Of a DNA stretch of 43,144 bases, positions 1 through 10,782 are shown in pieces. The notes under the pieces are model-generated. The model was not told the origin of the DNA and did not search any database. It was given only the letters and a program-made list of their open reading frames with translations. Source of the DNA: Thelocarpon superellum (Eukaryota); assembly GCA_026025795.1 (NCBI GenBank), contig JAPEUG010000114.1, forward strand, positions 1-43,144, read 5' to 3'. Within the stretch, counting starts at the first letter, position 1. Each line of letters starts with the position of its first letter. A program made the translations under genes and the position numbers.

Positions 1-2
1 CC

Positions 3-602
3 CGAGGACGGCTTCCATCACAGACGATAGTCGCGGCGGAGACGATAGCGCCCTCTTCGGGGAGCTCTCTCGCTCCAGGGACGCGACCGGATTCGCAGTC
101 GATGAAAGACCCGATGCAAGACGTGACAAAGGACCCAACGCAAGACTCCACGCAGGATCCAACGCAAACTCCAATACAAGATGCCATCCCGACGACGTCC
201 CAGGACAGATCGATCTCCGTCGTCGCCCGATCCTCTCCAGCCTGCTGTCCATCCTCTCCGCCCGTTCGTCCTGTTCCTGCGCCGCAAAGCACGAGGAACC
301 GGCGTCACCCAATGGATCGAGCCATCTCACCACCTGCTCTTCGCCGCTCTGCCACCCTCGAGTTCTCGGCCAAGCCAGGAGCAGATGGCCCTGCGCCCAC
401 TCCCGCACCACCCCCGGCGAGTGCGAGCCAATCGCCACCCTCGACGCAAGAATGGTGGCGGGACCACAACACCCCGTTCAAGCTGTATTGCCGATCGTAT
501 GCCTTACTGCCATCAGTCGGCGGAGGACTTGGTCAAGTGACCCAGAACGGTGATCCTGTGCCTGCGACACGAAGGTTGGATCCCCTGAATTGGAATCTCT
601 AG
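3..602 (+). CDS. 3' part of an uncharacterised protein, truncated at the window edge: low-complexity Pro/Ser/Thr/Gln region plus an ordered-looking C-terminal motif
   Basis: Frame is open from nt 3 to TAG 600-602. It contains 4-aa repeats (KDPM QDVT KDPT QDST QDPT) and ends WWRDHNTPFKLYCRSYALL...RLDPLNWNL. Confidence 0.6.
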   Translation, partial: RGRLPSQTIVAAETIAPSSGSSLAPGTRPDSQSMKDPMQDVTKDPTQDSTQDPTQTPIQDAIPTTSQDRSISVVARSSPACCPSSPPVRPVPAPQSTRNRRHPMDRAISPPALRRSATLEFSAKPGADGPAPTPAPPPASASQSPPSTQEWWRDHNTPFKLYCRSYALLPSVGGGLGQVTQNGDPVPATRRLDPLNWNL

Positions 603-680
603 GGCGTTTGGCGCGATGGAGAAGGACCAGCTACCTGGCAACGTACATATGGCGCTATAGCGACAAAATCGGATGAAAGT

Positions 681-774
681 GGTTTCGTGGTGTAGCGGTT
701 ATCACATTCCCTTTACACCGCGGTTGACAGGATGCCAACGGGAAAGGCCGCGAGTTCGATCCTCGCCGAAACCT
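681..774 (+). tRNA. tRNA-Val(TAC) with a 21-nt intron at 718-738
   Basis: Acceptor stem GGTTTCG/CGAAACC; D arm GTGTAGCGGTTATCAC; anticodon stem TTCCC/GGGAA with TAC at 714-716; intron after position 37; T arm GCGAG-TTCGATC-CTCGC; TTTT run at 774-777. Confidence 0.93.
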
Positions 775-1709
775 TTTGCCAGCGGACCCCCTGTTTGGCA
801 GGATGAGTGCGAGATGACATGGCGAGGACAAGCTGAGACGAACGCGCGGTTAGTTTATGTTTTGTCGCGGCAGCGTTGCTGAGTGCGACAATGCGGGTCT
901 GGCAAGTAAGTTGGTCCTCGTAACCCGTATCCCGTCGCGAAGGACACAAGATCACATGATCCCAGTGCGTCCGGTCCTGGCTGACGTGTCAAGGGGTGTG
1001 CGAGTCCGAGGACGCGTTTGAGTGTCCCAACTTCTGGTCAGCCACTGCAAATGGTGATCTTCCGAGGCGGAGCTGGCCCCCGCCCCAATCGAATCTATCT
1101 CGTTCCTCCGTAGCTGTAGCTACCTGACAGTGTCACGACGGATCCTTGTGCCCTAGTGGAAAGCGTGTTCTCAGCCTACGTTGGGCGGCGGTGAGGGGTG
1201 ACCTGCTGCCGAGAGGCAGGGCCGGTGGAGGGGCCGGTGTGGGCTGCCGACTCAGTTGGAGCGGACAAGCGACCGAGAATAGCATCCGGGCAACGCTACG
1301 GACGCTGCGCCTCCACTACCACCGTGGCTCGGTGGCTCTAGGCAATCAACCAGAGTAGCAGTAACACAACTACCGACGACTTGTGGGGGCCCTCCGCCTC
1401 AGCCACAGCGATCCCGACCAGCAAGCGAACGGCGGGATCTTGGCTTGGGCTGCGCTGCGCTGCGCTGGCCTATCTTATCGCTTGTTGTCAGTCCAACTCG
1501 TGCTGTCTCACGTACGAAGTACAAGGAGTAGTCGCTTATAAGCAACGTCTCATACCCACTCGACGCTGCCTTTATCCGTCCATCGTCTTCACCTGTGTTC
1601 ATCGTCCAACCATCTCTATCACCGGATTCACCGTCTGCTTGTCACCTTTCGCTCTTTGACCCTCTCCCCCTCCCTCCCTTTCTCCGTCTCCGACCCACAA
1701 CGCGACAAC

Positions 1710-2828
1710 ATGGGCAAAGCCGGGCGATTCGCGTGCATCCTAACACCGATGCTCCTCACCTTGGCCTCGTTGATCTGCATCCTCTTGGTCGGGTTGGGCG
1801 GCACCAACCAGAGCAACAATACCCTTAACAATTTCTATTTTCTCAAGGTAATGAGGATCGCCCGAGCAATTGTGCGCATCGCTAAGTTTTCCAGACCGAT
1901 ACAAGAAATTTCAAGGCGAATGCCACTCTCAACCTGATCCCCGACACCAACCTTGACAACAACATCTTGGGCGATGTGCTGCAGAATGGAGAGGACAACA
2001 TCAACCTCAAGGATTTCTATACAGTGTCGCTGTGGAACTACTGCAACGGCACGGTAGAGGCGGACAACTCGAGCCATGTCGATGCGTGTGGCAAGCCCGT
2101 GGGCTCCTTTTACTTCAACTTCGTCGACGTGTGGGGCTTGAACAACTCCATCGCCGGGGAGAACTTTCCCAAGGAGCTGCAGTCGGGCTTGAACACGTAC
2201 GCGGCGGTGTCGAAGTGGATGTACATCGCGTACGTCATCGCCTTTGTGGCGACGGTGGTGGAGTTGGTGGTTGGCTTCTTTGCCATCTTCAGCCGGTGGG
2301 GTAGTCTCGCGACGACTCTCGCGTCATCGGTAGGTGCCTTTGCGATCACGCGGTACGATCTGTTCTAACGTTCCTCAGGTCTCGTCCGTGTTCGTCCTAG
2401 CCGCGTCCGCGACGGCCACGGGGCTCTTCGCCACGCTGATGGGCACCATCAACTCCGTGTTCAAAGACCTCGGCATCGTGCCCTCGCTCGGCAAGTCCAT
2501 GTTCATCACGACCTGGTTGGCGGTCGCATTCTCCTGGGCGGCGGGACTCTTCTGGCTGTTCAGCGTCTGCTGCTGCGCGGCCCATAGTCGGAACCCACGC
2601 CAGGGCGGCGTTCGCAACCGCGACTCGATGGAGAAGCCGCTCCAGCCGTACGGCTACGAACGCGTCGGCAGCCCGTACATGGGCCATGGCTCCAGCTTCG
2701 CCGCCCCCACGACATCAGCCAGTGGTGCGCCGCAACTCGGCGTGCCGTTGCAGCAAATGCCATACGGACAACAGTACCAGCAACAACAGGCGACGGGCTA
2801 CGAGCCTTTTCGACATACGAATGTTTGA
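1710..2828 (+). CDS. SUR7/PalI-family four-TM membrane protein; exons 1710-1847, 1895-2329, 2379-2828
   Basis: N-terminal TM, claudin-like DFYTVSLWNYC motif, three further TMs, Cys cluster (VCCC) and polar tail. Two canonical GT-AG introns with CTAAG/CTAAC branch sites join the ORFs in frame. Confidence 0.88.
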
Positions 2829-3062
2829 TCGAAGGTCTGGCCTCTCTTGAGCCGACCGGCCGACCGACCGACCTTGTTTGCATACGACGGCGTGTTTGGG
2901 ATGACGAAGTGAAATGAAAGAAACGATACAAACCGGATGTGTACGGGAGGTGCATAGCGTGCGGGAATACGGGACGCGGGATGTAATTGATATTTTAGAG
3001 TCCTAGTCCACCAGTGAATGAATGAAGAAGTACAGAAAGAGAGAGAAGATACGAGAAGTGGT

Positions 3063-6000
3063 CTAAGAAGGAGTAAAGTCGAAGAAATCAATACCAACAC
3101 CACACAGGACAATTCCCACCCTCGTCCCAATGTGCCCCCTTTCATCTCCGTTTCCCTTCCCATTTCCTCTCTCTTCTCCTACTTCTTCTTCTCCTTCTCG
3201 AGGGAATGAAGAAGTAACATTGTCAGTCGCCCAGCGCACTCCCGCATCCACCTCCACGTCCGCAACGTCCGCAACGGAGGTATACCCATTTGCGGCCCCA
3301 CTCACATCCACGCCATCAACGCCTGGCTGGACCGATGTGAAGAGAACCTTCCATCTCTTGATCCGCTGGTCGTTGCCGCTGCTTAGGATCTCGTATTTTG
3401 CCTGCTTTCTCTCAGCTGTCGTTGCCTCTTCCCTTGTTGTCGTCTGTGCCTGTTGGGTTTGTGCGTGGTGTAGGCCTGGCAGGGAATGTCTGCCTTGGAC
3501 AGAGGGCGAGGAGGAGACGACCGAGGACGAAAGTACAGCCAGTGCGTTGATGGCCGATGCGTGAGCGCGCGGGATAAGCAGGGTGGTGCTTTGTATTCCG
3601 GTTCTGTTTTCCACCCTGCCTCCTCCTCCTCCTTTCACCTCTTCCACTCCCGGCACTTCGTTGACATCACCCTCACAGTCAGCAGGGACAGGGCACGTAA
3701 TCGTAAACCGCGTAACCCCCAACGCGCTATCGTCTCCCCCCGTGACAACAAGCAACGTCGTAGCATCCGCGCTGTCATCATCAGCGGCAGAGAGGCGAGG
3801 CAAGGGAACCATGCTCTTGATGCAGCTCTGATGCACCATCGTCGTATGCGTCGGTTTCGTGATGCGTACGGGCACGGGCGTAGATGCGACTGTACTCGTC
3901 GCTTCCCGACGACTTAGGTGCCCGTCGTGTGCAAGGATACCCTGGCTGCTCAAAGTCCCCGTTAGATCCCACGTCGCTAGATATCCGTCCGTTGCTGCCG
4001 TGATGAGATGGATGCGCGAGTCGAAGATGTGAAAGAAGCACTGGGACAGGCAGCATGTCGTGTATGTGCCGATCACGAGTAGTTCGAATCGGCGCGAGGT
4101 CGGGTGGTAGTGGCATATCTAGTCTGTCAGCTCGGGCGGAAGATGAATGGAGATGGCTGGCTTACGCGGATGGCGGAATCGCCATAGACGACAGCGAGCA
4201 GAAATCCACCCATCTCATCTGATTCTCCCCGGTGGAGAGTGCGCAGATCGAAAGTCATGACTCGCAGACCGGGCAGGTCCGGCTCAACTGGCAGAGCAGC
4301 CTCGCAGACGACTCCGATCCCGAAGCCAGAGATGCGTCGAATCCGCCATGCATAGACCTCGTCGATTCCCCCTCCGCTGAAGAGATAACCGTCGTCTTCT
4401 GTCCATTGTACATGTTGTACGCCTGCCGTGTGCTTCCTGAGGACCGCCATCGTCTTGAATTCTCCACCCCTCTCACGCGAATCTTCTCTCGTCACGCTCG
4501 AGATTCGTATTGTCGTGTCCTCGGCCCCAGTCGCAAAGATGGTGGAGCATTCTCCTGAGAGCCGCCCTTTGGATACTGCCACCGTCTTGATCTCGCGCCC
4601 ATGGCTGCCAGCGTGAAGGATCCGATGGGAATGAGGACGCGACGTGAACCGTAATCTGGACGCCTGCATCCACGCAAACGAGCCTCCGTCCTTGGCGTCA
4701 TCGGTGTTGGGAACAAAGCTCCAGTTCCGGTGGGCCCCGCCGCAATCTACGGCCATGATCTCCTGCTGATCCGAGTCGTTCCACATGATGAATTCTTTGC
4801 TCCGGAAGCCGTAGACGAGGACTTTGTTCCTTCGATCAACGTACGCTCCTTCGATCATGGGTCCCAGTGGGGGCGCGGCGACGTGGACCGTGGTGAACGT
4901 GATGTTGGGTGGATCTGGCTGCGTGCGGCGGCAGGTCATCTCGTGGACTGCGTACTCGCCATTTCGTCCCGTCGTCATGACGTGAGTTGAGGCTTCTCCA
5001 GCTAGCCTCGTCATGCTGGTGATGGCGTCTTTTCCATGCACTCCAAGGATGTACCGGATCGGTTCAGCCGGACCGTCTGCTTCGGTGCATGGCGGGGACC
5101 TATCGTAGATGACTACACCGCCGTCTCTCGATCCTAAGATCAGCAGCTCTTCACGGTCGAGAACGACCATGCTTTTCACGATGAAACCTGGCGGCAGCTT
5201 GACACGTGCTTCCACCGGGTGCCAGGAGGTCGGATCATCACCAGATAGGGTCATCTTGAACGACCATAGAATAGCAATGTCCGAAGCCAACGGCGCCAGG
5301 ATGAGTCGGGTGTGATCCGAATCCACCAGCTTGAATTCCCTCTTTTCTTCCGTTGTCTGATCACCTCTCGAGTGCATAAGTAATGCCCCCAGTTTCCCAT
5401 ATCCTGAGTGGATCGAATGAACTCTCTTTGACGGATAAACATAGCAGTAGATGGATCCAGTGTTGGCCGCAAGAAAGGCTATTTTGCTTGCCGCATGGCT
5501 GGCGACGAGGGAGCCAGGGATTGCAATGACAGGTGATAGTTCCGTGAGGGACTTGAATGTTGGATCATCGGCACACGTTGGAGCTATACGATCCAACGAA
5601 CCCACAAATACGGCGCCCGTAGTCGTGGTGAGGAGCAGGTCGTGTGAAGAAAGGTGGGCAAATGTGGAGAATTGACCAGGATCATTTTCCTCTGGTATAG
5701 GAAGACCCGGGGCACCACGCACGATGCTGGAAATGGCTTCTTCAGGAGTCGGATGAATCTTTGATAGAGTAATGTTGCCATCTGCTCCGCCAGTGGAGAT
5801 CAGCGTCTGGCCATCATTCGTCGTAGTGACCGCAGCGGACCAAACGTTTTTCCCAGTGTGAAGTGACCGGGTCTGAACATGTCTAACCCCCCACTTCTGG
5901 GCCCGCTCCATCCTCAGTTGCCAAATTTGACACGTTCCATCTTCTCCACACGACATGAGACCCATTGCAGGCACGTGTGGATCTGACATGGCGTCATGCG

Positions 6001-6962
6001 GAAGCCATCGCACGCCCCAGATCCGCGACAGGTGACCCCATGCGGATGCCATCCATTGCTCCGTCCCTTGGCCTTGAGAAGTTGGGGCCTCGGAGGAGAA
6101 TCCCGTCTCTAGGATCGGCTCGGTCGAGGTCGAGGCAGGGGTTTTCTCGGCTTCTTTGAGAGCCTGATCCGTGTTCGAGATATCCCAGATCTTGAGGGTG
6201 CGATCATCGCTGCAGCTGGCGAGCAACCTTCTCGGGGACCGGGCCGTGGGCGTGGCCAGGTCATGGGAGATGCGCACGCCGAAGATGGATCCACTGTGAC
6301 CAGTGCTCGAGTAGTGCATTCTGGATGTGACATCCTTTGGATTAGTCCAGGAGCAGGACCAGACGAGGATCTGCCCGAAGACCGTGCCCGCGGCAACGAG
6401 CACCCGGTCGGTGGCAAGGGAGACCAGATGTCCTGAGTAGAGGACGGAGCGTGAGCTGGAACCCAGGGGGATCAATCGCATCTCTTCATCCTGAGTCTTT
6501 TGGAGGAGAATCAATGCGTTGTGCGCGGTGAGGATGGTTGCCTGGAAGAGGGCGGAGGGCTTCTCGTGCGACTCATGGGAGGTGCAGCACGCATTCAAGA
6601 CCCAATCGGCCGCAGCCACGACGCGTTCAAGACGGAGCTGACATTTGCCATTCTTGAAGTCGACCTCGATGCACCGTAGAAAAGGCCCGCCCCAGGCAAG
6701 GACCCGGTGAGTCGTAGAGCTCGCATCGTCCCTGCTGGCAAAGCCGTGGATAGCCTGCGACTTGAATACTTTGAGTCGACCAACCAAGGCACCATCACTA
6801 GTGCGAGAAAGGACCAAGTGGTTTGCGTTGGCTCCAAGAAGATATGTCTCCCCGTGAGTCTTGAGAAATAGGAGTGCTGTGACTGGTGTGACAGCATGGA
6901 CCCACTGCAGTGTGGATGAGAAGGGTGTGACTGTGATCAGATTGGTGGTCACGTACCTCCAT
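3063..6962 (-). CDS. WDR6/Trm734(Rtt10)-like WD40 protein (tRNA 2'-O-methylation cofactor family); introns 4119-4165 and probably 6905-6956
   Basis: WD40 motifs (GHSGSIFGV, LASCSDDRTLKIWD, WGHLSRIW, HGREIK, ATGAEDTTIRI, SSGNDQRIK) and the family motif VDCGGAHRNW. Intron GTAAGC..CTGAC..TAG joins the 941-aa and 337-aa ORFs. The first exon (ATG GAG) is tentative. Confidence 0.85.
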
Positions 6963-7516
6963 CACGTGAGCACCCCGCACCACTGCCAGTGGAATGAGTC
7001 ACATGATGAATCGATATTCCAGAACATGACCAACTGTCAGGATATGATTTACTTAGGGTGTCGCGGAGGTTGCCCCAGCTGTAGAGAACGTTGTGGGTGA
7101 GCACGCTCAACTTGGCGAATTTCGTCGGGATCAGCCGAAACGAAGATCGGTTGACTCATCAGGAGAAGGAGAGATCGACAGCTCTTGGCCTCAAGATTCC
7201 CACACATCATCACAGTACACACCTTTCGTTCGACAACGAGATGCTCCCGGCTTGCTAATTCCTTTCTTCTCCAAGCATCCTGCTACTTGGATTCCTCGTG
7301 GCTGGTCTCCGCTCGTCAATCTCTCTTCACTTCCTCGCCCGTGTTTAGTTTCCTGATTCCAGAGACCACATCATGGCCACGGAAGATTCACTTTCGACCA
7401 GAGAGGTCATTACCGCAGACCATGTCACGCGTCTCTTCCACCACTGGCGTCAACATCAACGTCCATCCTGAGGATGCTCACCACCGTATCCGAATCCTGC
7501 TGCTGAAGGACTCAAG

Positions 7517-10500
7517 ATGTCCCAACGTACTCGAAAGCGGAGGACGGACGGCTCATCAGAGTCCGATGAGCTTTCCAGTACGACAAGCAAGAGTCACGTC
7601 CGCAGGAGAGAGGTAGCTCCCAAGGAGGATGGAGGTGGCTCGTCACCGAGAGTCACCGTCAAGTCGATGACACAACATGATCGGCCTCATGCAAGTCTGG
7701 AAACGTTTACTAAGCACGATGTGTCACACCAGATGGAGAATCTCTTGCTTGAGTTGTGGGAAGATCATTGCTTCACAACAGAGGTAAGCATTGCCCCTAC
7801 GCAGATCAGCATCGGCTAAGAGGACAGGCCTTGTTGAGGCGCGCAAGAACCATCCATGTCCAGACATCTTTCTCCAGCGTCAAGTCCCCATTCGCTGGCT
7901 TGACAAGAACCGAGATGGTCCGATGTGTAAACCCATTCCGTCGCCCCAAAGTTACGTGGATGGAGACTGGCCTCTATGCAAATGAGAGAATTCCTGCGTC
8001 AGGTGGCCGGGAAGAGCGTGATGTCCCATACACATCGTTGCCCCGTGTGGATGTCAACATCCCCAGTTTCGAGACCTACATCACGTTGAGAAACAACGTG
8101 CTTGTCGCCGACAGCAAGCTTACTCATCATCCCTATCTGGGCGACGATCGCCAAGCAGACCGAGATTTAGATGATGTGATCAATGGGGACATGGAGGAGG
8201 CACAACAACGACACCGTCACGAGGAAAGGGCGGCAAGATTCCGAAATATCACTGCACGGATGCTAGAATTTGCGGGATTGTCCATTGACGACATCATCCA
8301 CTTTCTGTCGGAAGACCTGTCTGGGAAGAAACGGGGGAGAAAGGACGTGTTGGCGAGACGAGAGGCATTCTTGGAGAAGTTCAAGACCTCCAGGGATGTC
8401 GTTGTGGGGCGACTGCTGCGTGGACGCCTGGGCATCGACCACGATCCCACTTCTTCTGCCGCGATTGTCTGTCGTGCTTTGCATAGGGCAACGGGGGCCT
8501 CCAGTCTCTGGGAGATGATTGAACAAGGAGCGGAGAAGTCGGACATGGCAACTCACCAGGCCTTGATTGACACCTATACTGATCTCGGTTGCATCATCTG
8601 TCTTCGGTATGTTGAATCAGGGAGAAGTGGACCGAGGCTAAGTCGGACAGACACGAGTGTTTGGCCCACGGACACCATGACGAAGACGCGTATCTCAGAC
8701 TGCAGAGGCCCCGAACATCCGAAATAAATTTCCTGCCAAGAGAGAAACGGAGTGTCGCTGCCGAGGTGGACTATCTTTGCTCGGCATGGTGCTATCGACA
8801 GGCAGGTGACCTATACTCACTGATCACAGTGTCTGACTGAAGATAGGGGGGAAAGGAGATTGTCTCTCGACCTTGGTCCCAGGAAGAAACATCCCTCTTG
8901 CAGCTGCTGATCAAGGCCTATCCTAACTATGGAGGCATGTCTTGTATTGTAAGGTTGGGGGTCGATAGGCCATGCTCTGAGGTATACTCAAGCTCAGACG
9001 TGGCTTCGTTTCAATTGACCGCGAATAGATCTGGGAGATGATGAAGACACTGTCGATCAGAAGCGGGGCTCACCTTGGAGGGAACTCGACCCAACCTCAA
9101 ACAACACCTCTCTTGATCGACTGGGACAGAACCAAAACAGGCATCCACTGGCAACGCGCTGTATTCACGCCATGTTTTCATCCTGGCCCATGCGAAAAAG
9201 GAGCATGTCCATGCCGAGACAACAACATCGCATGTGAGAAGCATTGTTTCTGTTCCGGGGGCTGTCCCTGGCGATACCCTGGATGTACCTGCGTGCAACG
9301 AGGACGGAACTGTCACACGGCAAAGTGCCTTTGTTGGCGGCTAAATCGCGAATGTGATCCTGATGTCTGTGGGACATGCGGGGTGGGGGAGAAGCTGGGA
9401 CCTTCTTCGTCGACCGCATACCACGAAGGCTGTTGGAATGTGAATGTGCAGCGCGGAAAAGCAAAACATGTCCTGCTGGGAATCAGCCAGGTGGCAGGGT
9501 ATGGTCTGTTCACAGCCGAACGTGTCGAAGCGGGGGAGTATCTAGGAGAATACGTCGGGGAGGTAGTGACTGGGCCAGAAGGGGAGAGGAGGGGGCGCAT
9601 CTACGACGCGAGGGGGCGGTCCTACTTGTTTACTCTGAACCGGGGTACGTACTCCTACACTCCATGCTTCTCTCCTGAAGGTTAGCTTACACGTGGTGGA
9701 CAGAACAATCCGTGGACGCAACGAAAAGCGGGAACAAATTCCGCTTCATCAACAACTCGGCAGAATCTGACAACTGCGCTCCAAAGGTGATGCTGGTGAA
9801 CGGAGTGCATAGGATCGCCTTCTTCGCCAAGACGCTGATCTTGCCAGGGGAAGAGTTGTTGTTTGACTACGGGTGGGCTTCTTTCATTTCCTGCTGTTTC
9901 TTGCCAAATCCTAGCTCGAGAAGACATGGTACGATGTCAGTCTGCTAATCTGAACGAGGGAATAGGTACGGACGAAATCAAAAGGCCTTTGTGTCCATCG
10001 AATTAGGCAACGTGCTCTCACAGAAAGCCGGTGATCGTTTCAAAGGGGACAGTGTTCCAGGGAAGACTACACCCGGAGCATCGTCGTCGCCATCATCAAG
10101 ACGGAAGCAAAGAATCAAGCGGCTGAAACGAAGAGATGGGCAACCTGTCCGTGCGCCTGTCCTCGTCAAAGAGGAGGACGAGGACGAGGACGAGGACGAG
10201 GAGGACGAGGAGGACGAGCAGGAGGATGCGGAGGAACCCCGTATGCCTCAGCTCCGTCCGACCTCCATGTCTCGTCCTCGCGCTTACACTCTATCAACGG
10301 AAACGGAGACAGCGACGGGAAAACGGCCCCGACTGTTTTCCCGCCTGGATGACTTTCGTCCATCACTTCCCACTCTCATTCCAACATCTGCGTCTGCATC
10401 TGCATCTCAGTCTCGGTCTAGAGCTAGGCATCCACCTGCCCTGGGCGGAACCAAAAGAGACACTCCAGTGCAGAAGAAATGCACTCGGACACCTCAGAAG

Positions 10501-10728
10501 GACACAGGGGAAAGGGACAAAGGAGCATCAGGAAAGGGAAAAGAAGTGAAGAGAAAAGCGAGCAATAAAGGAGGCCCAAGACAGAAAGGGGAAAAGCGGG
10601 ACGAGACGGTAGAATACCCCGACTTCGGCGACCGCTCAAGCGACGCTGACTTTGTCCCTGCTTCTCTTTCCTCGTCGTCGTCGTCTTCTTCATCTTCGTG
10701 TTCTATTCCTTCTCGCGTGCGGAGATAG
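7517..10728 (+). CDS. KMT6: Enhancer-of-zeste / KMT6 (SET-7)-like histone H3K27 methyltransferase, about 959 aa; exons 7517-7783, 7828-8606, 8651-8801, 8847-8981, 9029-9644, 9704-9872, 9966-10728
   Basis: CIICLRHECLAH Zn motif; SANT-like PWSQEE..RPCSEI; CXC domain ([32 protein letters not shown]); SET motifs [40 protein letters not shown]. Spliced length 2880 nt is in frame. The start codon is uncertain (see findings). Confidence 0.88.
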
Positions 10729-10782
10729 ATAGCACAGACCGAGACCGAGTAGAGTAGCAAATCCGCCAGCAGCAAACCGTCC

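Noticed and set aside
9645..9703. Internal AG|GT in KMT6 intron 5 suggesting a twin intron
   Set aside because: The pieces (36 and 23 nt) are shorter than any other intron here, and a single 59-nt intron restores the frame.
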